64,000 nucleotides of DNA from an uncultured Acidobacteriaceae bacterium (GCA_963771565.1 CAVYUB010000006.1:228404-292403), one strand, 5' to 3'; numbered from the stretch's first letter, positions 19,597-29,047 are shown. Translations and numbers: made by a program. Notes: a model not told the origin generated them from the sequence alone.

Positions 19597-19613
19597 CGTA
19601 GGGCAAAGAGTAT

Positions 19614-20399
19614 CTAAGGCCGGCTCTTTAAGGTCTGGCTGAGGAGAGCATCCGGGTTAGCCACATTCGCGAGAACGTATTGCGACGGCTGGCAAGAGGA
19701 GAGCCGCAGGTTCCGTCTACCCCGTAACGCCAAAGCACCAATATATCCGTCATTCGGGCGCAAACTATAAAGCGACCATGACTGTGCTTCCGAAGTATTG
19801 CCGTCTATGTGCAAGAATGAGGGAACCTCACTTGGCCGCAAAGCTACCCTGAACGCATGCAGCGGAGCGGAAAGACCCTCACCTGTTGCTTTGATATAAG
19901 CCTCCTTGCGCGTCCAGCAGGCGAAGAAGGAATCGAGGCGCTGTGGCAATTCGACGCTTTCCAGATCGGCAGCTTCTTCGGCACAGAAGAAATGCCTGGC
20001 GATCGCACCGGTATCTGTCATATTCCGGATTCGTTCGACGTCAATGCCGAGTTTGCAGTCCAGCGCGAAAGCGTAAACAGCAAGATCCTCGGAGTGGGCA
20101 AGGTTAAATTGAAAGCGCTCGAGACCCGGCACCGACGGCTTTCCATATCTACCGTAAGCGAATTCGATCGCTCGCGGTGAGATTGCCAGGTACATTCCCA
20201 GAAATGTACGTAACAGACCGCGCGAAACAGAAAAACGTGTTCTTAAATGCTCAAAAGCAAAGCTCTGTGCACGATTTCTCTCGTCGGGGGAAAGTGTGGA
20301 GGATAGCTCGTCTACGCACAAGGCTGATGTGTCCAGGCTGACAACCCACACGTGTACATCGAGACCGCAGAGCCGCTGGGCCAGGTCCAAATCGGCCAT
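19614..20399 (-). CDS. Sfp-type 4'-phosphopantetheinyl transferase
   Basis: Motifs seen are FNLAHSEDLAVYA, GIDVERI and WTRKEAYIKATGEGL. Confidence 0.85.
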   Translation of the reverse strand: MADLDLAQRLCGLDVHVWVVSLDTSALCVDELSSTLSPDERNRAQSFAFEHLRTRFSVSRGLLRTFLGMYLAISPRAIEFAYGRYGKPSVPGLERFQFNLAHSEDLAVYAFALDCKLGIDVERIRNMTDTGAIARHFFCAEEAADLESVELPQRLDSFFACWTRKEAYIKATGEGLSAPLHAFRVALRPSEVPSFLHIDGNTSEAQSWSLYSLRPNDGYIGALALRGRRNLRLSSCQPSQYVLANVANPDALLSQTLKSRP

Positions 20400-20438
20400 G
20401 ATGCCGCTAGGTATTTCTCAACACCGCTCCGCTTCCCG

Positions 20439-21929
20439 TTAAGCGCTTGGCCTGATACGCTGACGCAACCAGCTCAGAGGAGATTTGCGAAGTACCTCGG
20501 CCTTGCCCAGGCTGTTTGAAAGGTCTGCGAGGCTCCGATTGGGATTCGCCGCAACGCTCGAAAGCACGTCGTTCCAAAGCTGCTTTATACGGGCTATGCT
20601 GTGCGAATCAAAAATATCGCGGCAGTAAGTGAATCGCCCGACAAGTTCGTCGCAATTCTCTTCCACCTGAAGATATAAATCAGTTTTCGGAACAGTATGC
20701 TCGAGATCGGTTTGAAGTATGCGCCATTCCTTCGATGGCAGAGCGGTGGATGGTTCAAAAACAAACATGACTTGGAACAACGGCGTGATAGAAGGGACGC
20801 TGCCGTTTCCAAATCGCCTGACGAGCGCATCAAATGGCACATCGTATGTCAGGGCTTGTAACGTCGTTTCACGAACCCGTTGAATCAAATCCAGAAAAGA
20901 ATCCTGAGGCGAGAGTTTAGTTCGGAGCACAACTGTGTTTATGAAAAGACCTAGCAGGTTTTCCGTCCCGAGCTGCTTACGAGTTGAAATAGCGCTACCG
21001 ACAACCTGATCCGTATCATTCGCGCATTTGTAGAGCAGTAGATGCAAGCCTGCCAAAAGAGTCATGAAGAGTGTTGCTTGACAACTTTCGCCAAGGTTCT
21101 TGAGCGCCAGTGTGAGATCTTTTGAGATGCGAAAAGGGGTGGAGCCCCCGTCGAGTTCCCTATCCATCGATCGTGGCCGGTCAAGAGGCAAGTTCAGCAC
21201 CGGCAACCCTCCCTCGAACTGCTCGTCCCAGAACTGCAAGCGAGACTCTAGGCCACGATGGGCGAGCGATTTACGCTGCCACTCCGCGTAGTCGGGGTAT
21301 TGGAACGGAAGAGGCGGCAGCGAGGGTTCCTTGCCCTGCACAAAGGCGACATAGCAGGCTTGAAGCTCGGACACCAAAATTTGATAGACCGATACACCGT
21401 CGGCAATGAGGTGGTGAGCGACGAGTAGCAACCGGAAATCTTCATCGGCGACACGTATAAGACGAACGCGGAATAGCGGCGCCCGTTCGAGATCAAATTG
21501 CAACCGTGAATCCTCGGCCAGCAATTCAGCCACTCGTTTTTCACGGTGCTTCACAGGCAATGCGCGCAGGTCGGCAAAGGGTAAGTTGACGCGCAGCTCC
21601 GGGGCGACGTTTTGGAACACTCTGTCGCCTCTCAGTTCAAAGCTTGTACGCCAAGCTTCATGGCGTCGAAGAATTTCGTTCAAGGAGCGCTCAAATGCAG
21701 GAATGTTAAGCTCGCCCCTGTACTGCAACGTAAATGGCTCGTTATATAGTTCGGTGCGACCCGCCAAGGCAGAGTGCAACCAAACTCTGCGCTGTTCCTC
21801 GGACGCCTCGACACTCGCGCCATCCGGGCGTTTTGCAATGGCGTGCTCAGCCGAAGCAGGTATGTTTCGCCTGCGCTCCAAGTACCTTGCGATTAATGCC
21901 GACCGTGGATCACTCGCTGATGTTGGCAT
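20439..21929 (-). CDS. Free-standing NRPS condensation domain protein
   Basis: The 496-aa product has a C1-like SEEQRRVWL and the active site AHHLIADGVS (HHxxxDG). It also has C5-like LLGLFINTVVLR. No A or T domain is attached. Confidence 0.85.
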   Translation of the reverse strand: MPTSASDPRSALIARYLERRRNIPASAEHAIAKRPDGASVEASEEQRRVWLHSALAGRTELYNEPFTLQYRGELNIPAFERSLNEILRRHEAWRTSFELRGDRVFQNVAPELRVNLPFADLRALPVKHREKRVAELLAEDSRLQFDLERAPLFRVRLIRVADEDFRLLLVAHHLIADGVSVYQILVSELQACYVAFVQGKEPSLPPLPFQYPDYAEWQRKSLAHRGLESRLQFWDEQFEGGLPVLNLPLDRPRSMDRELDGGSTPFRISKDLTLALKNLGESCQATLFMTLLAGLHLLLYKCANDTDQVVGSAISTRKQLGTENLLGLFINTVVLRTKLSPQDSFLDLIQRVRETTLQALTYDVPFDALVRRFGNGSVPSITPLFQVMFVFEPSTALPSKEWRILQTDLEHTVPKTDLYLQVEENCDELVGRFTYCRDIFDSHSIARIKQLWNDVLSSVAANPNRSLADLSNSLGKAEVLRKSPLSWLRQRIRPSA

Positions 21930-22024
21930 GAACTCACCTACTCATTATCAGATGAGCATCGACAGTTACAGTTACGGATACTTTGCTGGGTGCTGACACA
22001 AGGTTGGCCACCGTGGCTCAAAAG

Positions 22025-23803
22025 CTACTCCAGTGAAACCCCAGCTGATGTCTGTATGATTTGATTTTCGATTTGGCGCGCGAGGGCCTCAATGGTTGGA
22101 GATTCGAAGACAGAACGTATGGGGAGATCGACCCCAAAGGCACGTTGTACGTTGACGATCAGTTGAACCGCTAACAAGGAGTTGCCTCCGAGCTGGAAAA
22201 AGTTGTCTCTGAATCCGATGTTGGGTTGCTTAAAAATCCTGGATAGAATCGAGGCAAGTTCGAGTTCAATTTCCGTCCCAGGCTCCGAAGTCGAGTCTGT
22301 GGCGTTGAGCAAGATGGAACGATCCGGAAACGGCAGAGCCGAGTAATCGATCTTCCCGTGTTGTGTAAGAGGCATAGTTTCAAGGGAGACGAAGAGCTCG
22401 GGAATCATGTACGCGGGAACGTGAAGAGCAAGGTGATCGCTAAGATCTGAGGCCGAAACGGGAGCCCTCGGCACGATATATGCAACAAGTTGTTTTTCGA
22501 CGCCATCGCCGACCGTAGTGACAGCCGCGGCGGATATTGCAGGATGACTGCGGAGGGCAGTTACAATCTCCGCCGGTTCGATACGATATCCCCGAAGTTT
22601 GACCTGATCATCAATTCGACCACAGAACTCAAACTCTCCGTTCGGCAATCTCTTCCCGATATCACCAGTTCGATATAAACGCGATCCGCCTGCGAAACCA
22701 GGGATGGTAATAAAGCGTTCGTTGGTCAGATCAGGGCGCCCAATATAGCCCGCCGCCACGCCAGCTCCAGCAATAAACATTTCACCGGGTTGTCCGTCGG
22801 ACAGTGGTTGCAAGCTGGAGTCCAAAACGAACACCTCAGTTCCGGTGATTGGGCGGCCAATGGAAGGATGTTCGCTCTCTTTATCGGCCGGCCTAACGAC
22901 AGCGGAAGTCGTTATAACCGTGCACTCCGTAAGCCCATAACTGTTCACAACCTGAAACGGAAGACCGGGAGGAGGAAAAAGACGCAGAGCTTCCCCGCCC
23001 GTTTGCAAATACCGCAATTTCGTTTCTTCTGGCCACTCAAGCGTGAGCAGCTGCTCAACCATAAGAGTGGGCGCTTCGCAGATGGTAATCTCTCGCGAAA
23101 CGAGATAGTCGCGCAAGCGCTCGGGGAGAAGATATGCCCAGCGGTCCAGCGGGTATATACACGCACCGGTTGACAGGGGCGGCCAGATCTCTGCTATGGA
23201 AACGTCAAACGTGAGCGCCCGAAGTTGCGTGCCTCGATCCTTGTGAGTCAGACCGAACGCGTTCTTATACCAGGAGAGGAAATGGCTCAAATTTCCATGG
23301 GTTACGGCTACGCCCTTAGGAGTGCCCGTGGAACCGGATGTGTAGATGACGTAAGCAACATCGTCGGGTGCAATTTGGGCCTCGCCGGCACGCGTGAGAA
23401 ATGGCGGTTCGAAAGTTGCGGTCGAAGGTTCTGTAAATTCCTCGAAATGAAGCAGCTTCCACGCGCCGGCCGGAATACGGGAGCTAATTACTTCTGGAGC
23501 TACTACGATTGGCGCGTCAGCGTCAGCCAGCATGTGGCGGAGCCGTTCAACAGGAGAGGAGGGCGCAACAGGCAAATATGCGCAGCCTGTCTTCCAGGAC
23601 GCTAACGCAGCAAGAACCAGGTGAGAAGTGTTATCGGTACACACGGCAATGGGGCAGCCGCGCCTTCCCTCGAGCATTGCTGCGAACCTGGAAGCCATGG
23701 CGGAAGCTCGTGTGACGATCTCACCATAAGTGATCTTTTCGTCTCCTAAAACAATTGCCAGGGCGCGAGCTTGATGCTCCGCTTGGAAATTGAAACGGTC
23801 CAA
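22025..23803 (-). CDS. NRPS adenylation - carrier protein (A-T), unknown substrate
   Basis: Cores seen are ITYGEI, YTSGSTGTPKG, NSYGLTECT (variant A5), GEMFIAGAGVAAGY, YRTGD, KLRGYRIEPAEI and QHGKID. The carrier motif is FFQLGGNSLLAV. The apparent start is a TTG at 23803, so the start is uncertain. Confidence 0.85.
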   Translation of the reverse strand: MDRFNFQAEHQARALAIVLGDEKITYGEIVTRASAMASRFAAMLEGRRGCPIAVCTDNTSHLVLAALASWKTGCAYLPVAPSSPVERLRHMLADADAPIVVAPEVISSRIPAGAWKLLHFEEFTEPSTATFEPPFLTRAGEAQIAPDDVAYVIYTSGSTGTPKGVAVTHGNLSHFLSWYKNAFGLTHKDRGTQLRALTFDVSIAEIWPPLSTGACIYPLDRWAYLLPERLRDYLVSREITICEAPTLMVEQLLTLEWPEETKLRYLQTGGEALRLFPPPGLPFQVVNSYGLTECTVITTSAVVRPADKESEHPSIGRPITGTEVFVLDSSLQPLSDGQPGEMFIAGAGVAAGYIGRPDLTNERFITIPGFAGGSRLYRTGDIGKRLPNGEFEFCGRIDDQVKLRGYRIEPAEIVTALRSHPAISAAAVTTVGDGVEKQLVAYIVPRAPVSASDLSDHLALHVPAYMIPELFVSLETMPLTQHGKIDYSALPFPDRSILLNATDSTSEPGTEIELELASILSRIFKQPNIGFRDNFFQLGGNSLLAVQLIVNVQRAFGVDLPIRSVFESPTIEALARQIENQIIQTSAGVSLE

Positions 23804-24389
23804 AACAGATTCGAAGACTAGAGGGGCCGAATGAGTCTCACTGCGACCGGAACTAAGGTGTTGAATCCCGAGCCATTTGTCATTTGATAATTCATTTCCG
23901 ATTCACAGAATGCAGCGCTTCGACATAAGCCACAACCAATGCCGGCTAAGCCGTAAATGAAGCTTGTCAGCCTGCGCAAAAAGAGAAATCAGCGCTCATG
24001 CCGCTTGAAACGATTCAACGTCGCCAATCGGGACCTAAAGGCAGTATAGTGACCAGAGTAACACGAAAACGCATGCTGTCCAAAGGACGGTAAGTTGCTC
24101 CCGAGCGGAACGGATTTGCGACCTAATTGAAACACACGGTACCACCCAGTACCAAAGCCACTTGCACTCATTTCTGAAACCCCTTAACTTGTTACTACAC
24201 CCTCTTATTGTTGGTCAGAAAATGAAGTCCTCGGGACGTGTCCGAAATCGTTCTTACCCACTCGGCGATACTCACACAGAGTTCACAAAGTAGGGTTACG
24301 TATGAGGTCGGGCAGGAGCTCGGCGAAGCAATAGCGCGAGTCTCCGGCTTGAAGGACAGAGATATATATGGGTGGGGAGGAGACTTGTT

Positions 24390-25882
24390 ATGGCAAACGA
24401 AAAATTGGGTGCATCGCACCGGCGCAGCTTTTTAAAAGGGATCGCAGCGGGGGGGCACCGCCTTAGTAACAGGAGGTGTTTGGGGCCCCTTCACAGCACA
24501 GGGTCAGACACCGCCGAGCTGCCCGCCAGCGCCTGTGAATGGGACTCCGTTCAAGCCTGGCCAAGACACACGCCCTGTCGGACAGCGCAAATCAATCAGC
24601 GCGCTTACGTCGGGACAGATCGGGGAACTTAGGAGCGCGTTCGCTAAGCTGCGGGCGTTACCCTCAACAGATAACCGTGCGTGGGTGATACAGGCAGATA
24701 TGCACGCGCTCTACTGCCAAGCCTGCAATCACGATACGATTCAATCCGTTCATGGGTCTTGGAACTTTTTCCCTTGGCATCGTGCTTTCCTCTACTACTT
24801 TGAACGTATTCTTGGCTCGTTGGTGGGTGACACCCATTTCCGCCTCCCTTACTGGGATTGGGAAAACTACCGTTTCCTACCGGAGATCTACGCAATCCCG
24901 GCAAACTCGAGCAATTCTCTTTATGATGCGAATCGTTATGCCCCGATTAACCAGGGTGTGAACTTACCCTCGAACGACGGAACGGCCGCGCGCATTGCTC
25001 TGCTCGATGGAATCACTGACTTTGCAACCTTCGGCGGAAAGGCCCCGGGTACGTCAGGCGCGGCTGGAGCGTGCGAAAGCAATCCGCATGACCCGATCCA
25101 CGACGACATTGGATTGCATACATCTCCATTTCATGACATGGGCCATCTTGGTTTTGCTGCCCGCGATCCTATATTTTTCGCTCATCATTGCAACCTAGAC
25201 AAAATATGGGCATATTGGAATGCGCTTGCGGCTCACAGTACACCCCCGACCTATGAGAATCCAACAGACCCGGCATTTCCTTTCCGAGCGTTGGAATTTC
25301 TATGATGAGAATCAGCAAGTGGTGTCGATGAGTGCGGCTGACGTCCTCAACTATACGACCAATCTCAGGTACAGTTATCCAACCCCACCGGCTAACCAAA
25401 GTTATTTTGCTTCAACACAAGCGTCGCCGGAAGCTGCATGCACACAGCCACGTACAGCACCAATAGTGAGCACTTATGCGGCCAGGCTAGTCCATTCCGG
25501 CAGTGGCCTTTAGAGGCCGTTGCCTGGCCCGACTCTGGACGTAAGTTACACCGTGAAAACAACTGTGATTAAGGCGGTCAGAGAGCAGAGCTCAGTAGCG
25601 ATCGTACTTCGAGGCGTCCCTGTACCTGATAACGCGACCGGGGTTTTCGACATCATGTCAGCTCGTCGGAGCAGCATGAAGTACGTCGGAACGTTGGCGA
25701 TCGTTGCGGACACGATGCGGATGACCTTCCCGAAGACTGTAGTGTTGGATGCAACGGATGCGGTTGACGACTTATTCGATACGTCCAATCCAGCCAGGCT
25801 TACGCTTGTCCCGCGCGAGGGAAACAGCACCTTCCTCCTGCAAGCAGAGGATGTCGAAATACGCATGATAACGCGCAAGTAG
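24390..25882 (+). pseudogene. Tat-exported plant-type polyphenol oxidase / tyrosinase with DWL- and KFDV-like C-terminal domains; two frame breaks and one in-frame TAG
   Basis: An RBS GGGGAGGAG precedes the ATG at 24390. The Tat signal is SHRRSFLKGIAAGG. CuA is MHALYC...HGSWNFFPWHRAFLYYFE and CuB is NPHDPIHDDIG...FFAHHCNLDKIW. These are followed by FLSERWNFYDENQQVV (DWL-like) and GVFDI...LTLVPREG (KFDV-like). The breaks are a G7 run at 24449-24455, a slip near 25280, and a TAG at 25511-25513. Confidence 0.8.
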
Positions 25883-26074
25883 CGGGCACGCAGCTACCGG
25901 GAAGTACGATCAGCGATTCGGCTCGGTCCAGCGCGCATTATTTGGGCTCTGCCCCATAATCCGCGAATACGGGGACCTTACCACCTGGATTGAACCCGGC
26001 CTATACGCATTCATTGTCTGCGATCTAACGCAGTTTAGGTTCGTGCCGATAGACATTTCGAAGCCGGATTCGAA

Positions 26075-28479
26075 ATGCTCCAGATCACAAGCACGTACTT
26101 GCGGAGGGAATGGGCAAACCTTCCATTACGCACTAAAGGCATCGTCGTTCTGCTTGCTGCCACTCGTAGCCTTATTGCTGAATGGCGTGGCGAATAGCCT
26201 GGTTGCGTCTGAACAAGGGAGAGCACAATCCTGGGTGATCCATACTCTCGATGTGCGCGTGTTACTTGAGCACGTGGTTGCTGACATGGCCATTGCCAAT
26301 ACTGATAGCTTCACCTTCAAATTGACGAAGGATAAGAATTTACTAGAGGAATGCCGAAAGGCCGCGGCGCGCGTACCGATAACAATCAACGCACTCCAGG
26401 CTCTGACTACGGATAACTACAAACAACAAGCGCGGATCACTGAGCTTCGGAGGGTTGCAGCACATAGAATTCAATATGTAATTGGCTTAGCGCATCAGTC
26501 AAGAGGAGCAACCTACCGCAATAGCGATTCAAGGACAAGTCTCTCAAAGCGGACTCTTGCAGATCATCGCCGATATGGATCGGGAGGAGGCTTCTCTTCT
26601 TGCCGTCCGTACTCAGCGATTGAATAGAATTCAGCATGTGCTTCCGTTTGTTGTGCCCGTAGCTTTGGTACTTGGGATAACCGGCGCGCTCTTAGGGATT
26701 TGGTTATTTCTCACAGGCATTGTTCGGAGAACGGCCAAACTCGGGCAGCAGATTTCTCTCCTGGCCGACGGAATTCCAATCAAAGAGGTGGATCAGCATC
26801 GGGATGAGATAGGCACCGTCGCTTCAGGGATTGTTAGAACTAGCCATCTATTGGCTGAAACGGCGGGTGCGCTTAAGGACGCGAATGCGAGGTTAGCCGA
26901 GCAAATTCGTCACGCTGAGCAGGCCAACTGTGCAAAGAGTGAGTTTCTGGCCAACATGAGCCACGAGATTCGCACCCCCATGAACGGGATCATAGGTATG
27001 ACGGATCTGGTTTTGGCGATGCCAGTGAATGCTGACCAGCGTGAATGCCTATCCATGGTTAGGGCCTCTGCTGATGGGCTCATGACGATCATCAACGATA
27101 TCTTGGATTTCTCCAAGATTGAGGCCCGTAAGCTCGCCCTTGATCCAATCGTTTTTGTTCTGAGAGACACAGTAGGGGATGCTGTGAAGGTCTTGGCGAT
27201 GCTGGCAAACAAGAAGGGCCTTAAGCTAGCGTGCCATATACATCCCGACGTTCCCGAGATGCTCGTGGGTGATCCCGGGCGTATACGTCAGGTAATCATG
27301 AACCTGATCGGCAATGCCCTCAAGTTCACCGAGACGGGCGAGGTCGTCCTGAAAGCCGACTTGGAGTTGTCGACCGCAGAAGAAATAAGAGTTCACTTCG
27401 CGGTTCGGGATACAGGGATTGGCATTCCGCCAGAAAAGCAAAAAACCATCTTCAATGCATTTACCCAAGCTGATTCGTCGACCACCCGGCAATATGGCGG
27501 CAGCGGGCTGGGCCTCACCATCTCGGCGCGATTGATCGAGATGATGGGCGGAAAACTTCGCGTCGACAGCGAAGTAGGGAGCGGCAGCACATTTCACTTC
27601 AGCGCAAGATTCGATCCAGCGCCCGCAGCCTCGAAAAAAACGGTTTCAGACCCGATCCAACTCGGCAATGTGTCCACGTTATTGATTGACGACAACGCGA
27701 CCAGTCGGCGCATGATGTGCGAATCGCTTATGAATTGGGGCTTACGTTTCACGCTTGCGCACGACGAGCCAGCTGCGCTCTTTGCCATAGAACGGGCTAT
27801 CGCTGCGGGCGAGACATTTCGATTGCTCATTCTGCATATGTCGGCCGTCGACGGATTCGCTTTGGTAGAGCGGATTCGGCGGTATCCCGAATCGGGCAGC
27901 ACAAAGGTAATCATGCTGAGCTCGGCCGGTCAGCGCGGCGATGCGATACGCTGCAAAGAATTAGGCATCGCTGCTTACTTGAGCAACCCGGTTGAACAAT
28001 CCGATTTACGTGAATGTATCTTGCGCGTGCTCCGAGAGGGGGATTCACATCGCGCTCCGGTAAGTCTCGTAACCCGCCATTCGCTGCGGGAATCGCGAAT
28101 TCTGCTGGCCGAAGACAGTTTTGTGAATCAGCGCCTCGCCACGCGCCTACTCGAGAAAGAAGGGCATAGAGTGGTGGTAGCGAATAACGGACGTGAAGCG
28201 GTCGCGGCCATAGAAGAGGGTCTGTTCGATGTTGTGCTCATGGATATTGAGATGCCGATTATGAGCGGTTTGGAAGCTACTGCGACGATCCGCAAGAAGG
28301 AAATGCTTAACGGCCGGCACGTCCCGATCATCGCCATGACCGCGCATGCTATGAAAGGTGACCGTGAACGGTGTCTCGCGGCCGGCATGGACGGTTACGT
28401 TTCGAAGCCTATTCAGCCGCAAGAACTGTACGATGCGCTTGAAAACGTTACGATTGATTCTGTGCGTACTCCTGCCTAG
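26075..28479 (+). pseudogene. CHASE3-domain hybrid sensor histidine kinase with pseudo-receiver and receiver domains; two frame breaks
   Basis: The likely start is the ATG at 26075 (MLQITSTYLRREWANLPLRTKGIVVL), with slips near 26150 and 26550. The CHASE3-like region is WVIHTLDVRVLLEHVV. Kinase motifs are the H box SHEIRTPMNGIIGM, the N box NLIGNALKFT, and G boxes DTGIGI and GGSGLGL. The first REC domain has LLILHMS (acceptor Asp replaced by His). The second has DVVLMDIEMPIMSG. Confidence 0.85.
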
Positions 28480-28545
28480 CTATCGGCAGCCTGCGAAAGC
28501 CAACCCCGCCTCTGGTAAAAAGGTGTAGAAGGGAGCACGACGATC

Positions 28546-29019
28546 GTGAGTGACCGCAAACTAGCCAACGTTTTTCCGGGGAGGTCTTCGGCACCGCAGA
28601 AGGGAACTGAGCCGATTTCTGATTCCGTGGGTGCCATTTCGACCTTGACCGTGATCGGGAAAGCGATGGTGATACGCGGCCGCATAACTAGCACGGAAAG
28701 TCTGCACATCGACGGTCAGGTGGACGGCACCCTTGAAATGCCCGATTCCCGCCTGACAATCGGACCTAATGGAAGAGTTGGCGCAGATGCCAAGGCGCGG
28801 GAGATTGAAGTGCTGGGTACTGTAGCCGGTGATCTGGAGGCATCGAAGAAAATCACGATTCGCAAGGGAGGCCGCTTGGTTGGCGATCTTCGAACACCCG
28901 GGATCATCATCGAAGAAGGCGCTTACTTCAAGGGAAAAATTGAAATCGTGGACAGCGAAGAGCAGCCGCAATTACCTGGGATGCAGCCTGACGCCAAGAA
29001 GGCCACGGTTGGAGCGTAA
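28546..29019 (+). CDS. Bactofilin family cytoskeletal protein
   Basis: The beta-helix repeat pattern is VIRGRITSTESLHIDGQVDGTL...IEVLGTVAGDL...ITIRKGGRLVGDLRTPGIIIEEGAYFKGKIEI, followed by a disordered tail. Confidence 0.8.
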   Translation: MSDRKLANVFPGRSSAPQKGTEPISDSVGAISTLTVIGKAMVIRGRITSTESLHIDGQVDGTLEMPDSRLTIGPNGRVGADAKAREIEVLGTVAGDLEASKKITIRKGGRLVGDLRTPGIIIEEGAYFKGKIEIVDSEEQPQLPGMQPDAKKATVGA

Positions 29020-29047
29020 TCTCACGCGCTTTGCATCGCGGTAAACC

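Noticed and set aside
23804-24389. Small ORFs (23989..24171, 24195..24419, 24238..24435) and a short hairpin GGTAC-CACCCA-GTACC lie in the NRPS/PPO divergent spacer. I considered them as a possible extra gene or small RNA.
   Set aside because: The ORFs have no RBS and no recognisable motifs, and they overlap each other. The hairpin is short. The region is most simply a divergent promoter spacer. Transcript data would be required to claim an RNA.
24449-24455. The G7 homopolymer as a deliberate phase-variation switch for the polyphenol oxidase.
   Set aside because: I did not adopt this as the primary reading, because at least 25 other one-base frame breaks occur in unrelated genes of this window, including core genes. 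That makes a technical origin more likely. It is kept as a testable alternative in the PPO finding.
15475-25882. A genomic island integrated at tRNA-Leu, carrying the NRPS and PPO genes.
   Set aside because: The position next to a tRNA and the AT-rich spacer are suggestive. However, I found no integrase or recombinase gene and could not locate a direct repeat of the tRNA 3' end downstream. I therefore do not call a mobile element. A systematic repeat search would be needed.
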